The notes under the pieces were generated by a model that made no database searches, was not told where the DNA came from, and saw nothing but the letters and a program-made list of their open reading frames with translations. From NCBI GenBank assembly GCA_043228905.1, contig JBHGNT010000008.1, positions 5,270,001-5,334,000 on the forward strand: a stretch of 64,000 nt of DNA, written 5' to 3'. Positions 26,071-39,600 of the stretch are shown piece after piece (within the stretch, counting starts at the first letter, position 1; the number at the start of each line of letters is the position of its first letter). The translations under genes were made by a program, and so were the position numbers. Origin of the DNA: Azolla caroliniana. Lineage: Eukaryota > Plantae > Polypodiophyta.

Positions 26071-26407
26071 TTCAAATTTGCACCTCTAGATTTTGTGAAA
26101 TCTAGCACCCTTTCTTTTAGGCGACACTCATACAAGAAAAAAGAAAAAAAAATCCCTAAAGATGATTAACTTATTTCATCACTACATCGGTTATTTGGAC
26201 CTCAAACATGCACTTTTATTAAAGCCCTAGCTAAGGCTGACACCAGTTGTACATGGTCTGGGAGGAAGGAGAAGGCATCAATCTAGTAAAAACTAAGAGG
26301 CACCCAATGAGCAACATGAAAGAGCAGGAAGAGGATGTTTGATGACCATCAATAATCATTGTCGAGCTTCATCACAAGGGCTGAAGTTGCGAATGATGCA
26401 TGGTGTT

Positions 26408-26852
26408 TGTTAGAGTGTAACTAATTAATTAAGCAGAACATAAGGAATTATAGACCAAAGAAAGGAAAGAGGGGTGCTGAACCACCCGACTACCCTCTAG
26501 CAACGACGTGAGACATGTTGTAGACGATCATCAAGCATGGAATCGGAAACAACATGATTAGATGAAGAGTCAAGAACAAGATGATAGAATTAAGCAAGGT
26601 AAGACAACATCAACAAGATGAACTAGATCAATAGAGAAAGTGAGAGAGACAAAACGACACATAAATTGTAACTGTATTATACAGACATTACAATACAAAG
26701 AATGACAACATCATCTACAAACTAGTTATAAACTCAGTTATATACTAATTCAGTTACGACAACTGCCCTTTGATCATATTACAAATATGTCCTAGTCTAG
26801 TTTGTCCAAATAGGACAATGTGAATACGACCATTCAATACCCATATTCGACA
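26408..26852 (-). repeat. Probable 3' LTR of a minus-strand element
   Basis: TGTTAGAG...TTCGACA followed by the PPT complement CTCCCCT. No partner LTR in the window. Confidence 0.45.
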
Positions 26853-26858
26853 CTCCCC

Positions 26859-27680
26859 TGTAATGGGTGCATACATCGAAGAATCTGTAATAGAAAAAAG
26901 AAACACAATACAGATTATACAAGGAGACGATAAGCTCATCGGTTGTTCTCCTCAATAGCCATGGGCGAAATAACTAGAGCTGAATCGAATAGTCCTATTG
27001 ATTGGAGCTGGATCAACTGTCCCAAGAGCCGAATGTCAAATGCCGATGTTTATGGGTGGGGGGTGGAGCCATTCTTGGCTCCACCCCTCTCCCAACGGGG
27101 TTACGTGTGAGGGAGATAGAGAGAGGGAGATAGAGAGAGGGAGAGAGAGAGAGGGAGAGAGAGAGAGGGAGAGAGAAATGGAGACATAGAAAATGAGAGG
27201 GGAATCTTCTTCTATTACATGATTCCCCATGGGTGGGATTTTATATATGTACAAGAGGTAACCATTACAAATAAAGAATGAGACAAGTAGGGAGTTACAC
27301 TACTTACCCATTCTCTCATCTTTGTACACATGCACACAAATGTGCATGTGTTCATACACATACCCATCCTCACACAGTCATGTACATTATGCATACACAA
27401 CAACCACTTAATCGTGTTCCACCCTTATACCTCCCTGTACAACTCCTACGGGTAACACATGGCACACTTGTGGGACACTGCATTGCATGATCGAACCTAC
27501 TTGCCATGGCAAACTCTCATTGACCGAAACTCCATCGGTCTTCTCGTCGGTTAGAAATCCCTCGATCGGATTGATAACTTTTATCAGAGCTTGCTTGACA
27601 CGAACCTTCTCGTTTGGTCAACATATCTCACAATTGGTTCACACACCAATCGATTTGTCCATTGGGGCATGGGTCGTAAA
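26859..27680. repeat. LTR-like segment containing a (GA)n tract
   Basis: Starts TGTAATGG right at the preceding PPT, with a GA microsatellite at 27110-27185 and a reverse TATA near 27240. Right end unclear. Confidence 0.3.
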
Positions 27681-28774
27681 ATTGCATTGCATGTATATGT
27701 ATTCTTCCGTTGCTTCATGTGAGTTGCGTTTTCGAAATTTTATGTGGTACCGCTTGGTATTTTGAAATTTTAATATTTACCTTTATGTTTTTGAAATTTT
27801 ATTGTTTGTCCTCTAGTTTTGGAAATTTTCTCGTATGCCCCTCCTGCCTTACTTCTTTCCTCTATTGTCATTGTCGTGAAGATTTTCGGCAATGGTGTGA
27901 AAATAACATAAAACTATAAAAGGATGAAGGTCTTGAAGAGCTTTCAGATACACTTTACTACATAAGAAACAGACATATAAGTGTAAACTTATGTGGGTAT
28001 AAAGTTTTGCAAAAGAAAAAAAGAAAAGAAAAATGTGAAATATCCCAAATAGATAGGAAAGTTAAGGCCCTGGCTATATAAGCACATTGAGATCCCTTAT
28101 TTCTCATTTTGTGCAAAGAGCACTTTGGCCACTTTGTCTAGATGGATGAATGTGGCCAAATTCCCAAAAACCGACTGACAATAAAATGGAACCGGTCGGA
28201 AATCCATTCGGAATCGGCCGATAAACTAGAAAGCAAACCGGAACCGGCCGGTCGGCGACGGATCTGGCGATGGAGACGCCAACTGGCGTCATCCGGCATC
28301 CGATTATCATGCACCACATGTAATACATGAGATAATACTTTTTTCATTATAGTTTTACATGTAAATTCTGATACATGAGACCTTAAATGAGTGACGTGGT
28401 TATCATGCACCACATGTAATACATGAGCGTCAAATGGCAAACATACATTTTATGCATGTCTTGTACCCTCAAATGCATGAGGGCATCTATAAAAGAGGGG
28501 GGATGTAAAATTTTTGGAGGCTTGGTACTTGATATCAAAACTAAAATTAAAAGTAAGAAATTCGTTATCCAATTGATGATATATCTTGTCTCTCAAAAAC
28601 TCTCTCTCAATCTAAAAATCAAGTGTTCTATCTTATCTCAATCTCTCTATTTCAATCTATCTTAAAACCTTTCTCGCTAAAGCTAGCACCAACTTCGAGT
28701 CCTTTCGGTCCAGAACCCCGGCGGTTCCGTCTCACGATCAACGCGTAGTGTCAGATCTTCACAACATAATTAAG

Positions 28775-28792
28775 TGGTGAACCCGACGTGAA
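28775..28792 (+). promoter_or_regulatory. PBS, 18-nt complement of plant tRNA-Trp 3' end
   Basis: TGGTGAACCCGACGTGAA, 8 nt after the LTR end. Confidence 0.88.
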
Positions 28793-28832
28793 AGAGGGGG
28801 CATGAAGGATCAAATCGAGGATCAACCGATAC

Positions 28833-31800
28833 TTGGAGATGGCGTCCTCAAGCAATCAAATGGGAGACTTCGAAAGGATGATGCTAATCATAGAACAAAT
28901 GATGAGATCTCGAGACAACGATGCGAGCGTGGAGAAGGCCGTCGACCGTGTCGTAGAGCTCAAGGGCCAATTTGATGGAAGGAACGTTACGAAGTTCCTT
29001 AGTGCATACAAAAGGGAGATGAATCAAAGAGACGTGTCTGAAGCACGACAAATCACGAGTTTCAAGAGGGTGGTCACCAACAACATCCAAAGACGCGTCA
29101 TCGAGCTTCAAGAAGGTAAGACAACATGGTCCGAGTTTGAGAAAGCAATATTAGTGGAGTTCGTGACTGAAGACTTAATGAGGATGACTCGACATGCCTT
29201 GATGAAGTGGATCGAAAAGAAGAATAAGAAGATGAGCGCCTTGAGGGTGTACGACGAATTCAACCAGATGTTTAGTCGTCTCCCCAACAGGGATCAAGTG
29301 CTGCTTGAAGAGGACAAGACTTTGTACTTCTTGAAAGCTGTGGACATGAAGGATAGAAGAGAATTGGGGACTCTTCTCGAAGATGATACCCAAGCAAATG
29401 GGCTTGTGGTGGACTGGGTTGCGGTGAAGCGAGCATGCAATAGGCTTGACAAGCATCGTTAGTGGGTTGATGACACCGACTTGGCGGGATTGACTGTTGC
29501 GGAGAAAACAAGACAACCGAAAGTAGTTGAGCTGCCCAAACAAAGCAACCCAGAAGAAAAGAAGATTGATGACAACATCATCAAAGAACTGGCGAAGAAG
29601 TTCGAGATGGTTACGCTAGCCAACATGAATCGTCAGGGGCCCAAAGGAAAAGAACCCTTTAGATGCGTGTGGTGCGATGGCATGGACCACATGAGAAGAG
29701 ATTGTTCGAGCCTTTGAGACACCATTCGACAAAATATCGTGTACATAGATGACAACATGATCTGCTCGAGCGAGACTAGAAGACCCCTACGGGTGAATTT
29801 CAGAAGAGGAGGAATGAAGAAAGCTATGGAGGATGTCGATGCGACTCATGTGGATGCGATGCACTATGCTGCATCGGCCGGAATAAGAGTCAGGAAAGAC
29901 AAGACTGAAGCTGCTAGAGCGGGAGCAAAGTTTTGGACTTCCATTCTCGAATATGAGAAGAATGGAAAAGTCACTTCGAACGAAGTAGAGCTTGCGGATC
30001 AAAGTGTACAAAGTATAACCGGATGATCGGATCCGGTGGATGACAACACCATACTCGCGGAGGTGATGTGCGACAACCACGAGGTGTTCATCAAAGAAAA
30101 GAGAAAAAAAATAGAAGAACAAGGCCCATAAAAAAGACATGAAACAAGGAACGCGAAAAAGAAAGAAGATGCGGAGACGAGTCAACCATTGCAAATGGAG
30201 GAAGGAGACGCAAGCCGAAAAGCAGAGTCGAGCAAACGAGTCGAAGAAACGGTTCGGCCCGTGAAGATTGGTGTCGAAGACCTCGCTCGGAGGACAAGGG
30301 CTATGCCTACCTATAAGTTAAGGTCGGACATAGAGCAGACGGCGGACCTAAAGAAGATTCTCGAAGAACATGTTCTTGATAGCCACGTGACTTTGTCCTT
30401 GAGGGAATTGCTTGGCATTACGAAGGAGTTCCATGACACAATCGTGGACCTTGTAAAGAGAAAAAGACAACAATCGGACGAGGAAGAAGAGAAGCCGCAA
30501 AAAGCAAAAATGAATGCCATAATGATGGCAAGAGACGAAGTCGATGAAGATATGGTGGACAACCAGTATACTCGACCTCATTGGGCACGAGCAACAACGG
30601 AGACGCCGGTGAAGATTGGGGAGAAGAAAGAGACCGTGGTAGCCTTGATCGACCACGGCTCGGAGATCAACCTCATGTCAACCGACTTCTACAAAAAAGG
30701 AAGATGGCCAATCAATACAAATCAGGGATGGAAGATTCGCGCGGCAACAAAGACTACGGAGGACTTGTACGGAGCTTGTCCCAATGTTAAAGTTACGATC
30801 GAGGATGTGGAAATGGATCAACACTTCTTCGTGCAAAAATCGGCGTCGGATCCTATCATCCTAGGACAACCGTATATCACATCATCTCGGATGGAGACCA
30901 AAGTGTTCGATAATGGAGCAGCCTTCGCACAAATAAAGAGTCTTGACAACCAAAGATCGGTCCAATTCCTGACGGTTCGAGCTAATCATGAAAGAAATCG
31001 AGATAGTCTTGGAGGCGAATCCCCGGATTTTTAGAGCGGACTATTGAAGCATGGGGCACAAATAGTCCGAGCAATCGCAAGTCCCCATAAGAAAGTAGAG
31101 CGCGTGGATTGCGAGGAGAAGCAACATGTGTCACACCTAGTGGTGCATGTAAACTAGTACTACTCGACAAGAAGGACAAACATCGGATACAAAACTTCGA
31201 GAAGATGCTGAAAGAAGAAAACATAATAGAAGAAGAAGAGTTCGTGAGTCATATTATGGAAGCAGCCTCATTTAACGACACCATCGGCGAAATCGAGGAC
31301 ATCGTGGACTTGAGCTATCTTCACGATCATCACGTGATTTCGGTTAGCTCCATCAACATGTACATTATCATCGATGAATATCATCGAAGCATCTTGATGA
31401 AGGAACCTGACGTCTACACAAAATATAAAATGGTGGATAAGAAGGTCAAGCCAATTGCAGTTCCACTACCGGAAGATAGTTGGCAAAAGATGAAGGAAGT
31501 CACTAACAATCCAAGCTTAAGAGATCCGAAGACAATAGGTAATGTCTTCACCAAAGAGACGAAGGGAAAGCTACGAGTTGGAAGGGAGGATTTCCTTCTC
31601 CTTGAAGAGGAGCGAAAGTTTCGCGACATGCTTGAGAGACATGGGAAGGCTTTCACATTTTTCCCACAAGAAATCGGATGTGCTGATCCAAGGGCGATAG
31701 AGCCGATGGTGATCTTCACGGTGCCACACGTACCTTGGAATTTGAAATTGATACCGGTTCTAAGAGCACACCTACCAAAGTTGATCGAGCTTTTAAAGAA

Positions 31801-34321
31801 GAAGGTGAATATGGGAATTCTGGAACCGTTGAATGCTCCTTATTCCAATAGGCGGTTCACGGTGCCGAAGAAGAATCGATCATTGTGATTCATCCAAGAT
31901 CTTCAACCCGTCAACAAGGTGACAATTCGAAATGCCGGAATCGGTCCAAGCGTGGACGAATTTGCCGAGGCGTTTGCGGGCCGGTCCATCTACTCCATTG
32001 GCAATCTCTACTTCGGATATGACCAATTCCAATTGGTGATCGACATTCATGACATTACAACCATGAGGACTTCGATCGGGCTTGTGCGGATGTGTACCTT
32101 ACCTCAAGGCGCAACGAACTCGGTGGCTCATATGGTGAATGCCATGAACAAAGTCTTGAAGGATTGTATCCCGGACATCACGATGCCATTCTTGGATGAT
32201 ATTCCGATAAAAGGATGTTTGGATGAGGAGAAAGATGAATCGAAAGATAAGGAAGGGTGTAGAAAGTTTGTCGCGGATCATATGAAAGATTGTGAGAAGG
32301 TGCTTCAAAGGCTTGAAGATGCGAATTTGACATTTTCGGGAGAAAAATCTGCATTCGGGCAACCAGAGATCTTGGTGGTAGGTCACTTGTGTGGAGCATA
32401 CGGATGGAATCCTTCGCCATCCAAAGTGAACGCGTTCCAGGGCATGAAAGAAGAATGTGAAAACCAAACGGAGGTTCGAAGGTTCCTTGGAGCAGCGCGT
32501 TTTATCATATCTGGATTCCTCACTACGCTCATGTCGCCGAACCGTTATATGGACTACTAAAGAAAAGAATGAAGTTCGAATGGCGAAGCGAGCATACAAA
32601 CACGATGCGAAGATTGAAGAAACTACTTCTTGAAGCTCCAACACTAAGAAAGGCCAACTATACCGAAAGGAAGCCGATTTATGTGACTGTAGATACGAGC
32701 CCAACCGGAATCGGGTGGGTCATCAACCAAGAAGGAGAAGATAATGTGGGATATGCCATCCGGTTCGGAGCAAAGGTTCTTAGCGAACAACAACAAAAAT
32801 ACGCCCAAGTCAAGCGGGAACTTTGGGGTATTGTGTCGGCAGTGAAGACGGACAAAGATTACTTGATCGGGACGGAAGTGATAATAGAGACAGATTGGCT
32901 CCCAATCCTCGGAATGATCTCGAGATGTACGACCCTAGATCTAGCTATGCTAAGGTGGATCGCCTTTATCAAGTCTTTAAACCTACAGATCCGTCACATT
33001 GCAGGGAAGAAGAATGCCATGGCTGATATGCTGTCAAGGGCAGGATTTGAAAGTGAAAGTGACATGGTTTCGGAAGATGAAGACGTCACCCTCGACTTCT
33101 TCAAGATGGCTCGATTATCGGCGGAAGACAAGCACACGCTAACCCTCCACGCCTTCAACGAGGACGAGTACGAAGGAGAGTGGTTACTGATCGGCAGATT
33201 CTTAAGAACATAGACGACGGATGCTTCGTTGACAAAGGAGGAGGCTCTACGAATCCAGAAGAAAGCTTATCGATACTTCCTTTGGCGACACCCAAAAAGA
33301 AAGATAGGAATACCACGCCGAGTGGTGGTGAAGAAAGAAGAGCAAGTGACGCTGGTGATTGAATTCCACGAGAGTGCTTGGGCAAGTCATAGAGGAACAT
33401 GGGCGACGTTTGAAAAGTTGAAGGAAAAGTATTGGTGGCCAAGCATGTACAAAGATCTACTCCATTTCATGTCCACATGTGAAACTTGTCAAGTACATTC
33501 CAACATACGTCATCGTGATGAGCTACGACCGACATACCCTCTCACCATACACTTCAAATGGATGGTTGATCTGGTCTCGATGCCAATGGGAGTGGGACAA
33601 ATGAAGTACTTAGTGCTGGCAAGAGAAGACTTGACAAATCAAGTGGAAAGGCGGGCCTTGACAAATAAGACAACGTCAGCTGTTTGCAAATTTCTACTTG
33701 AAGAGGTTGTCTGCCGATACAGATGTGTGGGGAAGATAGTCGTCGATCGATGGGAGTTGGACGCACACGAAGCAACGGAGCTTTTCGAACGACTAGGCAT
33801 GAACTCTCCCTCACGACTGCCTACAATCCAGAAGCGAATGGGAAGATTGAGCGAGGGCATGGAACCATAGTCAAAGCCATCGTATAAGCATGCAACAGTC
33901 TAGTCGGGAATTGGCCACGACTATTGCCCTATGCCTTGTGGGTCGACAGAACGACACACAACTCGGTGACAAGGTATATGCCAACGGAGCTTATGTATGG
34001 ACAAAAGCCGGTGATGCCCATTGAAAGGACGATCGCCTCATGGGTAGCGATACCATGGGAGAACGAGATGAGCTGAGAAGAATTATTAGCAGCACGGATA
34101 AGGCAACTTGAAAGGAGACTTGAAGATCTAGAACATGCGCGAAAAATGATGGAGGCAGCCCGAGTGAAGAACAAAATTCGGTTCGACAAGACACATCGAC
34201 TACGTCCTAAGAGGATCGAAGAAGGAGATTGGGTATTGGTCTACGACAACAGACTTGACAATCAACAAAGTACAACAAGAAAGTTCGCAAGAAGATGGTT
34301 CAGACCGTATGTGGTGATAAG
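28833..34321 (+). pseudogene. gag-PR / RT-RH-INT of element E
   Basis: ORF fragments from 28833 to 34370 are clearly homologous to element B proteins. Confidence 0.92.
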
Positions 34322-35357
34322 TTCTCATTTTGTGCTAAGAGCACTTTGGCCACTTTGTCTAGATGGATGAATGTGGCCAAATTCCCAAAAACCGACTGGC
34401 AATAAAATGGAACCGGCCGATAATGAAATCGGAATTAGCCGGAAATCAATTCGGAATTGGCCGATAAACTGGAAACCAAACCGGAACCGGCCGGTAAGCA
34501 AACCGGAACCGGCCAAAAAGCAAACCGGAACCGGCCGGTAAGCAAACCGGAACCGGCCAAAAAGCAAACCGGGACCGGTCGGTAAGCAAACCGGTCGGTC
34601 GGTGGCGTCATCCGGCGACGGAGGCGACATTTGGCGAACCGACAGTAACCGGTGGTAACCGTCAGCATCCGGCGAACCGATGGTAACCAGCAGCATCCGG
34701 CGAACCGGCGTTATCCGGTAGCATCCGGCGATCGACGGCATCCGGCATCCGGTGACCGGATAGATATATAAATAAATAAATAAGTATATGTATACATATA
34801 TATATATACACACAAGGAGTGCAAGTATATATATACACAAGGAGTGCAAGTGTGGATTTGAACCTTACACCTCCAAGTTGACAGTCTGTAGGCTTACCAC
34901 TAAGCCAAGACATTTTCATAAAATAACATTTTTGTCATTATAGTTTTACATGTAAATTCTCATACATGAGACCTTAAATGAGTGACGTGGTTATCATGCA
35001 CCACATGTAATACATGAGCGCCAAATGGCAAACATGCATTTTATGCATGTCTTGTACCCTCAAATGCATGAGGGCATCTATAAAAGGGGGGGGATGTAAA
35101 ATTTTTGGAGGCTTGGTACTTGATATCAAAACTAAAATTAAAAGTAAGAAATTCGTTATCCAATTGATTATATATCTTGTTTCTCAAAAACTCTCTCTCA
35201 ATCTGAAAATTAAGTGTTCTATCTTATCTCAATCTGTCTCTTTCAATCTATCTTAAAACCTTTCTCCCTAAAGCTAGCGCCAACTTCGAGTCCTTCCGGT
35301 CCAAAACCTCGTCGGTTCCGCCTCACGATCCACACATAGTGACGGATCTTCATGACA

Positions 35358-36301
35358 CCGTGTCTTATTCTTTTTTCATATTCTCTTTGTCAGGCTGCTG
35401 CTTTGAGTTGTTGCCTCTCCTTCTCTCTTCTCCTTCTTGCTTTCTTCTTCCTTACTTCTTATTGTCCTTTCTGCGTGCTTTATTTTCTTATGTTCCTTGA
35501 TTCTCCATGTCTAAGTGTCTCTTGTTCCTATTTTGTGTCTTCGTCTGCAGGGGAGGAGTAGGAGGAGGAGAAAGAAGCCTCCATCCATTTCTTTCTTCTA
35601 CCAAATTAATCATGTATTTTTTCTTATTGATTGTTTACCTTTTGTCCATGTTCATAGTTACAAAAACTTTTTTGATGCTTGTGTGTCAACTCTGGCGTTA
35701 CTTCGTTTACTCCATCTATATAACTCCAGTAAACAATTCAAACTAGATGTTGGTGCATCTTGTAAGATGCATAGTTATTTTGTTCTAGCTTCTTTGTTGG
35801 GAGTGCACTTCCCATGTTTTTGTTCATTCTTGTTGTTGGTCAATTTGTCGACGGTGTCTTGGCTTGTGTCTTCCCGAAAGTCGGCTATAAAGGATTAGTT
35901 TGAACCCTTGCGCTTTGATACCATGTAACGATTTCAGAAGTTGACACACAATCGCCTTGGCTGAACAGAACAATATAACAAATGAGCACAATTACAATAG
36001 AAAACAACAAAAGAACAGAAATGGAGATTATGGTAGAGATGAAGACACCAACACACAAAGATAGTATTCACAAAACATAAGACAATCCTCTCATTGACAA
36101 AACAGTTCTCAATCATTACAACTGTACTCAGAGAGCATCCTATATACAAAGCCCTATATTCGTCTCATAAAGTTAGAGGGCTGACAAAAGTACAATCGGC
36201 TCATTCATGAGCACTTGAATTCTAACTTCACTAGCTTATAGCTTAATTAGATATTATCTAGACTCACTAAAGTCAACCTAGTTGAGCTTGACATCTCAAC
36301 A
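35358..36301 (-). mobile_element. Copia remnant D: 5' LTR 35924-36301, tRNA-iMet PBS, gag N-terminus
   Basis: GCTTTGATACCA (PBS complement) at 35912-35923. Minus-strand peptide MGSALPTKKLEQNNYAS..YWSYIDG near 35680-35815 matches the gag start at 59930. Confidence 0.75.
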
Positions 36302-36601
36302 ATACTTCATTTTGGGTTGTCTGAGGCATTTTGGCTTTTTCTCCTTTGAAGATCTTCTTGCTTCATCTTTGAAATCAGATTTTGTAGAGAAAATGTTGGA
36401 TCGGCTCCATGGATCACTACGAATGAACAACATGAAGTTTGTAAGGCTTCAAACATGACGTCTACCTTCATTTCTTCATCAATCTTCTTGCCCGTTGATA
36501 TTGCTCTATCATATGCAGATGGATATTTGCTTATGAAGGCATGAAGTGAGTCATCTTCTTTCATATCCAAAGTGACAAGGTAATGAAATGGAAGGACTTT
36601 T

Positions 36602-39600
36602 TGTCATGATATGGCAAGACTCGAACCCATGACCTTATGCTACATGGGTCGAGCTCTTGACCATTAGACCATACATTGTAATACGTAGAATATTATTTTC
36701 ATTTGTGTTTTATTATAGAAAATTGATGTATATTCCAGATTTCTCTGGAACATTCTAGAGACTTCAAGAGTATTCCTTAGAACACTATAAAAGGAGGCAC
36801 AAGGCATTATTTCAAACCAAATCGGTTCAATGCCAGTCTTAAGCCTCCTAGCTATTACTGTACATTCTCTTCACATAATATATATCTTCTCTTATCATCA
36901 CTCTCACTCTCTCTCTCTCTCCCTCCCTTTCAGTCACTCTTTCCATCTCTCGAGAGTTCTTCACCTCTCTTAGTACTAATACTTCTTTTAGTACTAATTC
37001 CTTCTCTGTCTTAGTACTGTTCCTGACAGTTTGAACCGATTTTGGTCGATCTTCCTTTCCTCCTCTTCCTTTTATCTTCTTATTAATCCTCTTATCCTCC
37101 CTAGTAAAATGGAAACTGTTAGCGCTCAGGAATACCAATCTGTTTTCTTAGAGCTCCAGTGCTAGTGCTAGTTTTGAAGAATTTATAAGTGAGTTTAAGG
37201 CCTGTTTTGGAGATATTGACAGCATAAGGACTGCAATCAACAAAATCTGACGATTATGCCAAGGTGATCGTCCAGCCTCCGCATACGTTGTAGATTTCCG
37301 CCTACTTGCTACCGATATCCCTTGGGATGATCACGCATTGATGGAGCAATTCCGTTATGGCTTACGCAATGATGTCAAGGATTTACTCATGACCTTCCCC
37401 GAAGAGCCAAAGTCATTAACAAAAGCAATTAGTCGTGCGGTGAGATGCGACAACCGCCTCTTTGAACGACGTTCGGAACGACAATTCCAGATTCCGAGGG
37501 CAAGATCAGAGGCTACCTACGCTTCAGTGGTAGCGAAACCTTTTCTGAGGGAGCCATATAATGTGCCTCCAGTAAGTACTCCAACTCTGATGGAAATTGA
37601 CACCACACGTCGTTGTGGACCGCTATCGGAAGAAGAAAAGCAACGATGCCGAGCAAACCGACTATGTCTTTATTGCAGTGGACCAGGGCATATTGCGGTA
37701 AACTGTCCCCATAGGCCAAGAAGGCAGGTAAACCAAATAGTTGCTAGTTCTGATTGTACTAAACCCGATTCTATTTCAGTAGGGATATCTGATAGTCCTA
37801 ATAGTACTAATAGTCTAAATCTAGCAAACAAATTTGATGTCCTTAGTCAGTTAGAGGAAGAGTTAAACGACTGAGTCCAGCCAAAATAGGAGTCGTTTGG
37901 TTGGACAACCCTAGATCTGTGCAGCCCATTAGTGGTTCCATTCCCTCTAAGCAAGTTAGCAATGTGTTCGTAGCCCAAGTAACAGTTAGTACTAAAAGTA
38001 CTCCTCCAGTACATGTCTTAGCACTTCCAGATTCCGGAGCTAATTCTGGCTTCATGGATAGGAAATTTGCCCAAGCTCATCAGATATCTCTCATAAAACT
38101 CCCGCGTCCTGCCTCTATAGTAGTCATTGATGGTCGTCCCATTGCTTCTAGAAATATCATAGAAGAGTCAGAGCCCGTTAATATTGTCCTAGATAATCTA
38201 GCATGTGTCATATCATTTAATATAATTGGCATCCCAGAACACCCCATTGTCTTAGGATTACCATGGTTCAAATTACATAACCCATACATAGATTGGCGGA
38301 CAAGAGAAATGCGGCATCGAAAAGCCCGTGCGTCTACTCATGAGATTGCAACGATTTCACTACATCAGTTGCATGAGGAATGACGCAAGGAAGAAATGTT
38401 CCTCTTCGCAATATCAGTAAACCCATGCTTGACGAAGGAAGAAACCCATTTGCTTCGTCAAGAAAAAGGATGGCTCACTTCGTCTCGTTGTAGATTACCG
38501 TGGCTTGATTAAGGTTACAATCCGAAATAGGTATGCACTCCACCTTATCTCAAGTCTTTTAGAACAGATCAAGGGTGCTAGGTTCTTCACGAAGATCGAC
38601 TTACGGGGAGGCTATAACCTCGTACGGATCCGACCAGGAGATGAATGGAAGACTGCGTTGTTGCGAAGATTCGCGCGTGCGTGTGCTACTCGAGCGACCA
38701 CCAGGGTCTTAGACTGGGGAGGATGTTCGTAGAATTATCGAAGAGATGAAGGTCAATGTAAGATTAGATGAAATTTGTTCACTTGAGAAGAAGAAAGATT
38801 GTACACTTGAGAAGTAGAAAAATATGAAGAAGATAAAGACAAATATAATTATATTGATGATAATGGTGTTGGTGATATCACATATTGAGCCCCCCTTACA
38901 CAAGCCCAACTAGAGGCTTTTATAGGTCTTTCCATGCTTGTGACATGCACAAAACCATGGGCTAACACCATGGTTTTGTGCACACGGTTTTTCTTATGTC
39001 ATGCACAAACCATGGTTTTGTGCACATGGTTTTCTAATGGTTGTTTCATCTATAATTCATATATGAAAAGTAAATACATAAAATGTACACTATATGATAG
39101 TTGTCCTAGTGGTAAGGCAATTATCTTGGACCTTAGAGGTGCAAGGTTCAAACCTTACTTCCGTCCCTTTGTATGAACTCAAGTGCCACTAGGCCTTAGG
39201 TTTATTTGCTAAGTGCATGTGCAATGTTGCACATCCTTGGTTTATTCGTCTCACTCGGTTTCACACCGTAGTCGAAAATCGTCACGACAACGTTCCACAC
39301 CAGATATGGGCACTTCGAGTATACGGTCATGCTGTTCCGCCTCACTAATGCGCTAGCAGTCTTCCAGCACATGGCAAATGATATTTTCCGAGATATCTTG
39401 GATGTGTGTCTAATCATCTATTTGGATGATCTACTGGTTTACTCAAAGACCCAAGAAGAGCATGATTTTCATGTATTGTTAGTACTAAAACGACTTCGAG
39501 AACATGGTCTTTATGCAAAGCTGGAAAAATGTAGTTTCGGGTGCAACCAGGTGGAATTTCTCGGCTATGTCATTTCCTCAGAAGGCATCTCCATGGACCC

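Larger units (their letters stand above)
27872..35357 (+). mobile_element. Non-chromoviral Ty3/gypsy element E (same lineage as B); INT end, PPT and start of the 3' LTR deleted
   Basis: 5' LTR 27872-28766 (TGTCGTGAAGAT...ATCTTCACAACA); PBS TGGTGAACCCGACGTGAA at 28775-28792; PR LIDHGSEIN; RT PFLDDIPIKG; partial 3' LTR 34322-35357. Confidence 0.93.

Noticed and set aside
34325-34919. 174-aa and neighbouring ORFs with repeated RPVPVCF
   Set aside because: They are translations of the LTR tandem repeat, not genes.
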